Source: a virus
Lineage: Duplodnaviria > Caudoviricetes
DNA: 64,000 nucleotides
IMG/VR virus record: IMGVR_UViG_3300012020_000004
Location: 18,921-82,920 of that record
Strand: one strand, 5' to 3'
Below, piece by piece: positions 9,611 to 18,142 of this stretch. The notes below the pieces were generated by a model, which did no database searches, was not told the origin of the DNA, and saw nothing but the letters and a program-made list of their open reading frames with translations. Numbering within the stretch: position 1 is the first letter of the stretch; every line of letters starts with the position of its first letter. Position numbers and translations under genes: made by a program.

Positions 9611-11269
9611 ATGCCAGAAATACAGAGCATCGAGACTACACGCATACTGGGGGGAGTGGTCAATGAGTACCTAGGAGACCACTTTCACCAGTATGTGGAC
9701 GAGTTTGATACGCTTGATGCCTGGCTGGTAGGGCCCACCAGCGTATCACCATACGTAAACAATGCCCCAGTATCTGCGGCCCCCCGGACTATCCTGGGGA
9801 GTATACTGAAGAGCTATCTAAGTGATTACTACGACCGTGTTCACATCCGCCCGAGCTATATAGACCTCGGGAATATGCTGTCTACGCAAACAAGGGAGGT
9901 AGAGGTTTGGTCTGCGTTCTTCACACCCTCTACGCTCTTGTCCACCGCGGCTGAGGACCTTGACAATGTTGATGTCACCCCATCTATTATACCTCCGGTG
10001 TTCTTTGCCCCCCTGCAGGCCAGAACATACAGTGTAAGTGTGGGAATTTCAGGGTCTCCGACTATATCTGGCTCGTATAGCTTTACATTCAACCTAGGCA
10101 CAGCGAGCCTAGCCATTGACGGCCGCAGAGTGTTGGTTTGGCCCTTTATGCCGCAGACCACGCACAGAGAGGCACTTGAGTGGAAAACAGACGTTATTCA
10201 GAGCTTCAGTAGCGAGCAGAGGATAGCACTCAGGGCAGAGCCCAGGCAGTCGTTTAATTACACCTACATGCTTACGCCACACGAGTTCAGCATGGCAAAG
10301 GCCCTGTCTACCCAGTGGGCCCACCGTGTTTATGGCATCCCCGTTTGGTCGGAGCTCTCCCATGTTGGCCCTATCCCTATGGGAACAACCTCGATCTCTG
10401 TAGACACTACGGCAGCGGACTACAGGTCAAATGATGTCATCATAGTGTGGCAGGACAGTGAGAACGAACTTGCTGTCGAGACAACCTCAGTGCAGGCCGG
10501 GAGTATCTCACTAAAGCTCCCGCTTCCACGAAGCTTTACAAACGCTTATGTTGCACCTCTTAGGTTTGCAAGAACTTACAGTGGTGTTGACTACACGCGA
10601 GCTGGCGGCGAGGTGGTCGTCTCTAAAGCTACGTTCTCTGTAACCCAGAACACACAGCTAAGCGCAGCCGCTGGGTACCCAACCTACCGTGGAAAGGAGG
10701 TTGTAACAGACAGGACAGTGCTGGTAGGTGACATCACTGAGAGAATACTTAGGCCAGTAGACGTGTTTGACAACGAGTCTGGCGTTGTAGAGGTTGATAC
10801 CCAAGATAATTGGGTTAGGCATCACCAGGTGCTTACGATCAGCACTAAGAGTAGGACTGACAGGTGGAAGGCTAGGCGGTGGCTGCATAGCTTGCAAGGC
10901 AAACAGAATACTTTCTGGCTGGTTTCCTGGAACAAGGACTTAGATGTTCTGGTCCCGCTTACCCCGGAAACGTCTGGACTGGTTATAAGAGCTATCAACT
11001 ACCCAGTTCTTTACGGAGTTAAAGATATTATGATAAGGCTCAAGAGCGGCACTACCTTGTTTAGGCGCGTGCTTAGCGCCGTAGCTAACAATGATGGTAC
11101 GGAGACGCTGGCCTTAGACGCTAACCTTGGTGTGAGCTCCAGCGTCAATGACATTGACATTGTCTGCTTTATGTCCCATGTCCGCCTCGATTCAGACTCC
11201 GTGGAGCTAAGCCACGAGTATAATGGCCAGGTCTCAGCTAACATCGCTGTCATTGAGGTGCCAGTATGA
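9611..11269 (+). CDS. Virion structural / tail tip protein
   Basis: 552 aa from ATG 9611; EALEWKTDV..EQRIALR..PR motif; tail module synteny. Confidence 0.65.
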   Translation: MPEIQSIETTRILGGVVNEYLGDHFHQYVDEFDTLDAWLVGPTSVSPYVNNAPVSAAPRTILGSILKSYLSDYYDRVHIRPSYIDLGNMLSTQTREVEVWSAFFTPSTLLSTAAEDLDNVDVTPSIIPPVFFAPLQARTYSVSVGISGSPTISGSYSFTFNLGTASLAIDGRRVLVWPFMPQTTHREALEWKTDVIQSFSSEQRIALRAEPRQSFNYTYMLTPHEFSMAKALSTQWAHRVYGIPVWSELSHVGPIPMGTTSISVDTTAADYRSNDVIIVWQDSENELAVETTSVQAGSISLKLPLPRSFTNAYVAPLRFARTYSGVDYTRAGGEVVVSKATFSVTQNTQLSAAAGYPTYRGKEVVTDRTVLVGDITERILRPVDVFDNESGVVEVDTQDNWVRHHQVLTISTKSRTDRWKARRWLHSLQGKQNTFWLVSWNKDLDVLVPLTPETSGLVIRAINYPVLYGVKDIMIRLKSGTTLFRRVLSAVANNDGTETLALDANLGVSSSVNDIDIVCFMSHVRLDSDSVELSHEYNGQVSANIAVIEVPV

Positions 11270-12075
11270 CCTACGCAGCTTACGAAGCGTCCGCCGCAGG
11301 CGGGGCCCCGCTGGAGCTTTACGCGTTCACCCAGGGAGCTAAGAGCTGGTACTACTCCTCTGGTACCCAGGAGTTCTCGAATCTTGGGAGACTTTTCGTA
11401 CCCTATCCAATAAAGCGCGACCGCATAAAGCAGGGAGGGGATGCGCTTAAGGAGACGTTGACACTGACATTCCCCCGGGGAAACGAGTTCGCATCACAGT
11501 TTCTTGGGCTTGCTCCTGACGCTGTGACTACAGTGAGCGTCTACCGCATGCACTGGACTGACCCCGACAAGCAACTTATCCAGTACTGGAAAGGCAGGGT
11601 TGCGGGGGCCAAAGCAGACGGGAACACAATACAGATTGAATGTGAGTCTGTGTTCACCTCTATAAAGCGTCCAGGCCTTCGCGCCAGGTTTGAGCTTAGC
11701 TGCCGGCACACTCTATACGCTCGTGGTTGTGGCCTTAACCAGGAATCATACGTTTTTTCTGGCCCACTAATCTCTATTTCTGGTGGCGTGGTGCTCAGAG
11801 TTCAGGGGTCTGGCGTATTCCCCGGTGGATATTTTACTGGCGGGATGGTGGTAGCACCAGACGCTAGCAGTAGGTTCATCGTGGCGCACACCTCCGATCA
11901 GGTCACTGTTTCAAGGCCGTTTAATACACTTGCGGGTAATGCTGAGTTGCGGTTGTATCCTGGGTGCGACCACCTGAGGACAACTTGTAATACCAAGTTC
12001 AACAACCTGGATAATTTTGGCGGGTTCCCGTGGATTCCAATCAAAAACCCGTTTACCATGAGCTCTATTGTGTGA
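11266..12075 (+). CDS. Tail tip hub protein (DUF2163/BR0599, gpL-like)
   Basis: 269 aa; SCRHTLY..GC and YPGCDH..TC..KFNNLDNFGGFPWIP Cys motifs. Confidence 0.85.
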   Translation: MTYAAYEASAAGGAPLELYAFTQGAKSWYYSSGTQEFSNLGRLFVPYPIKRDRIKQGGDALKETLTLTFPRGNEFASQFLGLAPDAVTTVSVYRMHWTDPDKQLIQYWKGRVAGAKADGNTIQIECESVFTSIKRPGLRARFELSCRHTLYARGCGLNQESYVFSGPLISISGGVVLRVQGSGVFPGGYFTGGMVVAPDASSRFIVAHTSDQVTVSRPFNTLAGNAELRLYPGCDHLRTTCNTKFNNLDNFGGFPWIPIKNPFTMSSIV

Positions 12076-12083
12076 GGTAGTTT

Positions 12084-12314
12084 ATGTGGTGGTATGTTGC
12101 TCTATGGGTTGCATCTTTCGTTGTCAGCTATGTGCTAATGCCAAAGCCGCAAAATGCAAAGCCGCCCGGGCTGGACGAGATCAAGGCACCTACCGCAGAA
12201 GTCGGAAGAGAGATCCCTGTCCTGTTCGGAAGAAGAAAGCTTGAGGGGCCTAACGTTGTCTGGTACGGCGACATTAAGCTTGAGGCCATCAGGAAGAAAG
12301 GGGGCAAGAAGTGA
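12084..12314 (+). CDS. Small tail assembly protein
   Basis: 76 aa, APTAEVGREIPVLFG..GPNVVWYGD motif. Confidence 0.75.
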   Translation: MWWYVALWVASFVVSYVLMPKPQNAKPPGLDEIKAPTAEVGREIPVLFGRRKLEGPNVVWYGDIKLEAIRKKGGKK

Positions 12315-12511
12315 ACAATATTGTTGTCAGAATTGAGCACTGCCGTAAGTTGCTCTACTGCAGCCGAGGCATCCGGGACCTCCTTGGCAGGTACGGGTTC
12401 GACTACTCCGATTTTCTGGCAAACGGCGTAGATGCTCAAGCTTTGCTAGAGGCATCTAACTACGACGCTATGGTCGTAGACGTTGTGGAGGTGGCACGTG
12501 GGGAAGAGTAA
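12311..12511 (+). CDS. Small tail assembly protein
   Basis: 66 aa, YCSRGIR...GV motif; GTGA overlap with previous stop. Confidence 0.65.
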   Translation: MNNIVVRIEHCRKLLYCSRGIRDLLGRYGFDYSDFLANGVDAQALLEASNYDAMVVDVVEVARGEE

Positions 12512-14672
12512 GAAAGTTACCGTGGGGTACAGGTACTATGTCGGTATGCACATGGTACTTTGTCACGGGCCCGTGGATGCTGTGACAGCCATCGAGGTTG
12601 ATGGGCGTCAGGCCTGGGCGGGGACATCCACTGGGGGCAGCGTTGCGGTCAACTCCCCGGATCTGTTCGGGGGTGAGAGCAGAGAGGGTGGGGTTGTGGG
12701 CACAGTCGACATACTCATGGGGGGCATCACCCAAGGGCGAAACGACTACCTGCAGTCTAAGCTGGGAACGGACATCCCGGCTTTTCGGGGGGTCCTTAGT
12801 GCTATCCTACGGCAGGTCTATGTAGGTAACAACCCATACCTGAAGAGTTGGTCGTTCTGGGCTAGCCGCAGGAACGTCAGGCTAGACGGACAACCACAGT
12901 GGTACCTGAGCAAGGTTGCTGTTGGCAGCGACATGAACCCCGCCCACATAATTCGGGAGTGCTTGACTGACCCCTCGTGGGGCATGGGATACCCGGAGGC
13001 GGATATTGACGACCAGTCTTTTACCAGTGCCGCTGACATTCTTCACTCAGAGGGGCTAGGGATGTCCCTGCTGTGGGACCGCTCTATGCCCTTGAATGAG
13101 TTCCTGTCAGAGGTGCTCAAACACATAGACGCCAGCCTTTATGTTAGTCGGGCCACAGGAAAATTTACGCTAAAGCTAATCCGCAGTGATTACAGCGCCC
13201 CCTCTCTTCTTGAGCTTAACGAGAGCAATGTCTCTAAACTGTCCGACTTCAAGCGTAACACTATTGGGGAGCTCATCAACTCTGTAACCGTGCAGTTTTG
13301 GGATGGGACCACGGGTAAAGACAACTCTGTCACTGTGCAGGACATAGCCCTGGTTGCACAGCAGGGCGCGACGGTGGGTACGACGATCCAGTTCCCTGGG
13401 TTTACAACCGGCGACAACGCCACAAAAGCTGCGGCTCGGTCTCTCAAGGCGCTCTCGACGCCCCTCGCTAGCTGCACTGTATATACCAACAGAGTTGCGT
13501 ATAACCTCAACGTAGGCGATGTCTTCAAGCTTAACTGGCCGCGCTATGGGGTCACCTCCTTGGTAATGCGGGTTAGCAACATTGAGTTTGGCGCCCTAGA
13601 TAATAATGAAATCAGGATTACCGCTGTCGAGGATGTGTTTGGTACGTCAGCGGCTGTATATGCGCCCCCTCCCCCGAGCGAGTGGACAAACCCTGTAAGC
13701 GTCCCAGCACCCTGCCCATACCATGTGACGATAGACGCCCCCTATTGGGAGCTGGTTCCACGGCTTGGTGAGGCTGCGACCCAGGCACTGCCAACTACTG
13801 TGTCGTATTTAGTGGCTACTGGCGTTCGCCCCTCAGGTGACGCAGTCAGTGCGAAGCTCTACACGGACCCAGGTAACACGGGCGCGTGGCAGGAAGCCAA
13901 CACTGTTGACTTCTGTCCCACGGCAGTTCTAGCCACAACCACGACGTTCAACGACACGGTGTGGACGATCAACAGCGGCATCGACCTGACCCTGGTCTCC
14001 ATTGGAACCTACGCCCTGATTGACAACGAGTTTGTCGCCGTTACTGCGATCAGCGCTTCGTCCATCACAGTGCTGAGAGGTGTGCTTGACACAGTCCCCG
14101 CCATCCACACTTCCGGGGCGCGTCTCTTCTTCATAGAGGACACCTGCGAGACGGATGGCGTGGAGTATGCGACCGGGGAGACAGCCAGGATAAGGCTCCT
14201 GCCGACGACTGGCAGAGGGACGCTGGCCATCAACTCGGCGACGACTCAGAGCCGCACCCTGTCAGGGCGGCAGGCCAGGCCGTACCCGCCGCAGCGGATA
14301 CGGATCAACGACCTAGCCTACCCTAGCAGTGTCCCGGGCGATGCCAACATCAGCGTCTCCTGGGCACACAGAGATCGGCTGCAGCAAACAGTCTCCCTCG
14401 TGGGGACAGAGACGGGGAGCATCGGGCCGGAGGCCGGTACCACGTACACAGTTCGACTGCTCCTGGCTTCTGGAACCGTGATAACCACCCAGTCTGGCCT
14501 GACTGGCGCCACTGCTACTTTCACTCTAGCAAACATGGGGGCTAATTACGGTGCGCTCAGGCTGCAGGTCTGGGCTACCAGGTCGACCTTGGACAGTCAC
14601 CAGATCCACGACATTCCGTTCCTGCGCGCAGGCTACGGGACAACCTATGGCAATTCCTACGGAGGTGCATGA
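12498..14672 (+). CDS. Central tail tip protein (gpJ-like / putative phage tail protein)
   Basis: GTG start 6 nt after GGAGG; GKSKKVTVGYRY, CHGPVD and MNPAHIIRECLTDPSWGMG motifs. Confidence 0.85.
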   Translation: MGKSKKVTVGYRYYVGMHMVLCHGPVDAVTAIEVDGRQAWAGTSTGGSVAVNSPDLFGGESREGGVVGTVDILMGGITQGRNDYLQSKLGTDIPAFRGVLSAILRQVYVGNNPYLKSWSFWASRRNVRLDGQPQWYLSKVAVGSDMNPAHIIRECLTDPSWGMGYPEADIDDQSFTSAADILHSEGLGMSLLWDRSMPLNEFLSEVLKHIDASLYVSRATGKFTLKLIRSDYSAPSLLELNESNVSKLSDFKRNTIGELINSVTVQFWDGTTGKDNSVTVQDIALVAQQGATVGTTIQFPGFTTGDNATKAAARSLKALSTPLASCTVYTNRVAYNLNVGDVFKLNWPRYGVTSLVMRVSNIEFGALDNNEIRITAVEDVFGTSAAVYAPPPPSEWTNPVSVPAPCPYHVTIDAPYWELVPRLGEAATQALPTTVSYLVATGVRPSGDAVSAKLYTDPGNTGAWQEANTVDFCPTAVLATTTTFNDTVWTINSGIDLTLVSIGTYALIDNEFVAVTAISASSITVLRGVLDTVPAIHTSGARLFFIEDTCETDGVEYATGETARIRLLPTTGRGTLAINSATTQSRTLSGRQARPYPPQRIRINDLAYPSSVPGDANISVSWAHRDRLQQTVSLVGTETGSIGPEAGTTYTVRLLLASGTVITTQSGLTGATATFTLANMGANYGALRLQVWATRSTLDSHQIHDIPFLRAGYGTTYGNSYGGA

Positions 14673-15028
14673 TGGCAGCACAAACTGAACCGAGAAGTGG
14701 TATTCAATATGGCTGGACACTAGGGGAGAACTCCTGGCACACCAGTATGGACGCGAACCTGTTGTGGTTGGGCAGATTTGGGACCCACCTCAGCGTCAAG
14801 GACCGGGGCCTCAGCACGCCCCCGGCGTCCCCTGCTGCGGGCGACACCTACATCGTCGGCCCTGCCGCCACGGGCGCCTGGGCCACGCACGAGAACAAGG
14901 TCGCAGTGTGGACGGGGTCAGCCTGGGCGCTGGGCACGCCTCGCGTCGGTTGGATGGCCTTCATCGAAGATGAGGCAGTCCTGTCTGCCTACAAGGCAAC
15001 AGGATGGTCAGCTGGCGTTGCTTTCTAG
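14669..15028 (+). CDS. DUF2793-like tail protein
   Basis: 119 aa; LSVKDR.LSTPP.SP..GDTYIV....TGAW.....AVW.G..W....PR.GW motif. Confidence 0.75.
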   Translation: MMAAQTEPRSGIQYGWTLGENSWHTSMDANLLWLGRFGTHLSVKDRGLSTPPASPAAGDTYIVGPAATGAWATHENKVAVWTGSAWALGTPRVGWMAFIEDEAVLSAYKATGWSAGVAF

Positions 15029-15045
15029 TTTGCCGTAGGGGCCTT

Positions 15046-15078
15046 CCCCGCGCACCTCCATGAGGGCGCGGGGCTTTT
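15046..15078 (+). terminator. Rho-independent terminator ending late operon
   Basis: CCCCGCGC(A)CCTC-CAT-GAGG-GCGCGGGG followed by CTTTT, at the convergence of the two transcription units. Confidence 0.75.
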
Positions 15079-15160
15079 ATGTCAAATGCAGGAATAGCAA
15101 CATAGTATCCACTTACGCCATCTTCTTGATCGTGACGTATTTGGTGCCCATGTCCTGGTC

Positions 15161-15508
15161 CTACCTAAGCTTACGAATCTTCAGCGGCTTTGGCAACTTT
15201 GTTGCCGGCACTTCACTAGCTGAGCGCTGTACCACAACTTCCTGCAGTACCTCAGGTGTAGGCAGCCCAGGCTCGCTGGAGAGCCGGGACAGGAACTCAA
15301 TCCGCCTCGCCAACTCCCGTGTCCAGCCTATCAGGTACCCTTGCTGCATATGCTTAATCAGCAGCCCGTGAACCTTCTGTAGGCGCTCTGTCAAGACACC
15401 GACCCTGTCCTCATCAGGTACTGCTTTCACTGTCTGGTAGCAATCTTCACACACAACCTTGTCCCCTAGTGCTCTACCGGCCCAGGAGTCACAATAGTAG
15501 CAGCCCAT
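15161..15508 (-). CDS. Hypothetical protein with CxxC..CxxC
   Basis: MGCYYCDSW...VCEDC, 115 aa. Confidence 0.55.
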   Translation of the reverse strand: MGCYYCDSWAGRALGDKVVCEDCYQTVKAVPDEDRVGVLTERLQKVHGLLIKHMQQGYLIGWTRELARRIEFLSRLSSEPGLPTPEVLQEVVVQRSASEVPATKLPKPLKIRKLR

Positions 15509-15622
15509 GTTCTTATCCTTATGCGGGTGCCCGCCCACGCTTTTCCCGCAGCACCCTTAGGTGTTCGTCATGCTGACCTGACGATGGCCTGAACCGTGGT
15601 GGTTCCGTGGGCGGGCGGTGAC

Positions 15623-15859
15623 TTACTTGATGCTGCAGTCTAGCCTGTTGAGTGCAGCAAACGTGTCCTTGAGGTTGCCTACTTTGACGTCCCTCCAGAG
15701 CCCCATTCGAATCTGCTCCCACTTGTCTTCAGGGCTGTGAAGAGAGGACAACTGAACCACCGGGTACCTGATCTGAACGACCAGGTGCCCGAACAGTCCG
15801 CGACGTAGACGAATCTCGGGTTCGCCCATCTCCTTGGTGGGCAGGATCGGGGCCACCAT
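15623..15859 (-). CDS. Hypothetical protein
   Basis: 78 aa, start overlaps thyX stop. Confidence 0.55.
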   Translation of the reverse strand: MVAPILPTKEMGEPEIRLRRGLFGHLVVQIRYPVVQLSSLHSPEDKWEQIRMGLWRDVKVGNLKDTFAALNRLDCSIK

Positions 15860-16494
15860 CAGGGTTGCTCCATCGCAGACCAGACCACGGGCACCTGCAG
15901 AGCAAGTTCGTCGCTGATCGACTGGGCAATCAACCGGTGTTCCTTCTGGGTTTCAGGCTGCGTGCGGAGCTGGCAGTAGTGCATCCATGAGCGCAGGGTC
16001 CCACTCATGTACATGCGACTGGGTGTCAAGCCCTCTGGCAGCACGGCCCGGGCCTGTTCCTTGGCCACACCCATCTCGAGAGCCTGTTGGTACGCTGCCA
16101 GCGCAACGCCGCTGGCCTTCGCCTGAAGCTGAGCCCACAGGCCATGCTTGGACTGATCGTCCGTGGTCAGGCTGTTCTGGCGGTTCTTCGTGTCCTGTAG
16201 GCGACATTCGCGCAATTGCGCGGCAGGCAGCAAGGACACATCAGCGTACCGCTGACTGAACTCCTGGAACGAGAACGAGCGGTGTCTCAGGATCTGCCGA
16301 GCGATGTCGCGTGTGGTCTCGATCTCGAACACTGCGCTAGCCATCTCGAAGGGGGACCAATGTTGGTGCTTAACCATGTACCGAAGCAGGCCCTCCACAT
16401 TCTCGTTGTCCTGGTTCTGTGGGTTAGACACCCGAGCAATGTAGCCGAGCAGCTTCTCGGCGTCGGGTGTAATCCAGATTAGTTTTACGCTCAT
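15859..16494 (-). CDS. thyX: Flavin-dependent thymidylate synthase
   Basis: RQILRHRSFSFQEFSQRY ThyX signature; HWSPFE motif. Confidence 0.95.
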   Translation of the reverse strand: MSVKLIWITPDAEKLLGYIARVSNPQNQDNENVEGLLRYMVKHQHWSPFEMASAVFEIETTRDIARQILRHRSFSFQEFSQRYADVSLLPAAQLRECRLQDTKNRQNSLTTDDQSKHGLWAQLQAKASGVALAAYQQALEMGVAKEQARAVLPEGLTPSRMYMSGTLRSWMHYCQLRTQPETQKEHRLIAQSISDELALQVPVVWSAMEQP

Positions 16495-17072
16495 TGAACA
16501 CTCCTCCAGGACTCACCGGAGACAGCCCTATGTGCTGTCATAGTCGACACACCGAACCTTTTAGCAAGCTTAGCGTAGGGTGTCTTCTCCGTCTCTCTGA
16601 CAAGTCTCATCAGCTTTACATCTTCGTCCGAAAGTTTTCTCGATCTTTCAACAAGGAGGTGGGCATGTTTTTTAGCCCTACTAGACTTGACCTCTGCTGG
16701 AATGTCAGCTCTATTCTGCACGTAAGTACCCGGGCAGAGGTTATCAAACCTGTTGTCTGTCTTAACGTCGTTAAGGTGCCGGACCACCTCAGCAGCCAGA
16801 GCTGCTTCCCCATAGAAACAGTAAGCCACGAACCTGTGGACCAGGACAGATTTTCTGCCCGCCCTAGGGCCAACCGCGGGCTTGAATGTTAAGTACCCTG
16901 TACTGTTGGGCCGGCCCGTTAGAGTATTGCCAAACGGGGTCTGCACTGTTCCGTTTTGGTTGGCCCTATACCCCGCTTTGTATGCAAGGATTATTGCGTT
17001 GTCTGAAAGACTAAGCCTTCTTTCGTCGCCCATGTGCATGATGTACTCACACGAAATGTCTTCCTTGATCAT
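16491..17072 (-). CDS. HNH homing endonuclease
   Basis: LVHRFVA...VVRHLNDVKTDNRFDNL HNH core, C-terminal HTH-like segment. Confidence 0.85.
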   Translation of the reverse strand: MIKEDISCEYIMHMGDERRLSLSDNAIILAYKAGYRANQNGTVQTPFGNTLTGRPNSTGYLTFKPAVGPRAGRKSVLVHRFVAYCFYGEAALAAEVVRHLNDVKTDNRFDNLCPGTYVQNRADIPAEVKSSRAKKHAHLLVERSRKLSDEDVKLMRLVRETEKTPYAKLAKRFGVSTMTAHRAVSGESWRSVQ

Positions 17073-17269
17073 TTACTATCCTCCAAGCGCATCTCAAGGT
17101 TAGCGATAGCCACCGCAACCTGAGCCATGTCTCCGGCCAGCTCTTTGGCCATAGCTTTGATACTCTCTGCAGTTTCAAGGATGTTGTCTCGCTCTTCCTG
17201 ATCAAGCTCCAGGAGGCTACCCTTGATCATCAGCAGCATTGCTCTCGCTTGATTCTTCTCTTCACTCAT
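17069..17269 (-). CDS. Hypothetical protein
   Basis: 66 aa, helical, ATGA-coupled at both ends. Confidence 0.6.
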   Translation of the reverse strand: MSEEKNQARAMLLMIKGSLLELDQEERDNILETAESIKAMAKELAGDMAQVAVAIANLEMRLEDSK

Positions 17270-17730
17270 TTCAAATCCTCAGGATAAAAATAAACATCTA
17301 CGCCAGCTTCCGACAACATCTCGAAGGCAATCTTCTCATCTTCACTCCAGTCAAACCGGAGCTCACCTGTACCAGGGTGCCTGATCTCCGGGGCTATTAC
17401 ACGTTTGACGCCAGCTTGAATCAGCATGCCCGCGCAGATTGCACAGGGGTGCAACGAGGTGAGGATCAGTGTCGTGCCCTCGAGTACCGGGCGTGCGGCC
17501 TGGGCGATGACGTTCATCTCTGCGTGGACCGTCCAACGATACTTAGCCGGTCTTTCGTGCCTCTCCCCCCGGAGGTCATCAACCCCCCGGGGGAAACCGT
17601 TATAGCCAGACCCCTTGATGACCATAGCGTCATCAAGGGCCACAGCCCCCACCTTAGTGCTTCGGTCCTTGCTCCGGCCCTGGGCCGCCTTGGCGTCGGG
17701 GAGAAACTTCAACATCTTGTCCATGTTCAT
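17266..17730 (-). CDS. dCMP deaminase
   Basis: GYNGFPRG, HAEMN and PCAIC zinc deaminase motifs. Confidence 0.92.
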   Translation of the reverse strand: MNMDKMLKFLPDAKAAQGRSKDRSTKVGAVALDDAMVIKGSGYNGFPRGVDDLRGERHERPAKYRWTVHAEMNVIAQAARPVLEGTTLILTSLHPCAICAGMLIQAGVKRVIAPEIRHPGTGELRFDWSEDEKIAFEMLSEAGVDVYFYPEDLK

Positions 17731-17927
17731 TGCAGCATCGCCCCTTCTTCCATATCGTCCTCATCTCGAATGGCGCCGACCTGATACAGCAAGTCTCCCA
17801 GCATCTCGAAGACCTGCACGGCGGCAGGGATGGCGAGAATGGCCGTGTCCCCATCGTTGACCTTGATGGCAATAGCGGGCCCCTCGTGCCCGTCCACCGC
17901 CACAATACCCATCATCACACCCTTCAT
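17727..17927 (-). CDS. Hypothetical protein
   Basis: 66 aa, coupled to neighbours. Confidence 0.5.
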   Translation of the reverse strand: MKGVMMGIVAVDGHEGPAIAIKVNDGDTAILAIPAAVQVFEMLGDLLYQVGAIRDEDDMEEGAMLQ

Positions 17928-18133
17928 TCTTCCACCTTCTCGGCTACAACGGTTGACAGCCCAGCCACGATCACCAACAGCTCCTCCGGCGTAAGGAGGT
18001 ACTCCACCGTTAGCTTAACCAAGTCTCCAGCCTTGGCTCCGAGCTGAATATCTGTGGCTCTCCGGGTGCTGATCCCTATTGAGTCGACAGCCGCGGCCAG
18101 TTTACTGGAGTTGACTACTGAAAAAGAAGACAC
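17924..18133 (-). CDS. Hypothetical protein
   Basis: 69 aa, coupled. Confidence 0.5.
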   Translation of the reverse strand: MSSFSVVNSSKLAAAVDSIGISTRRATDIQLGAKAGDLVKLTVEYLLTPEELLVIVAGLSTVVAEKVEE

Positions 18134-18142
18134 GACATTACC

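Noticed and set aside
7779-15028. Diversity-generating retroelement or invertible tail cassette
   Set aside because: No reverse transcriptase, template/variable repeat pair, invertase or flanking inverted repeats were seen.
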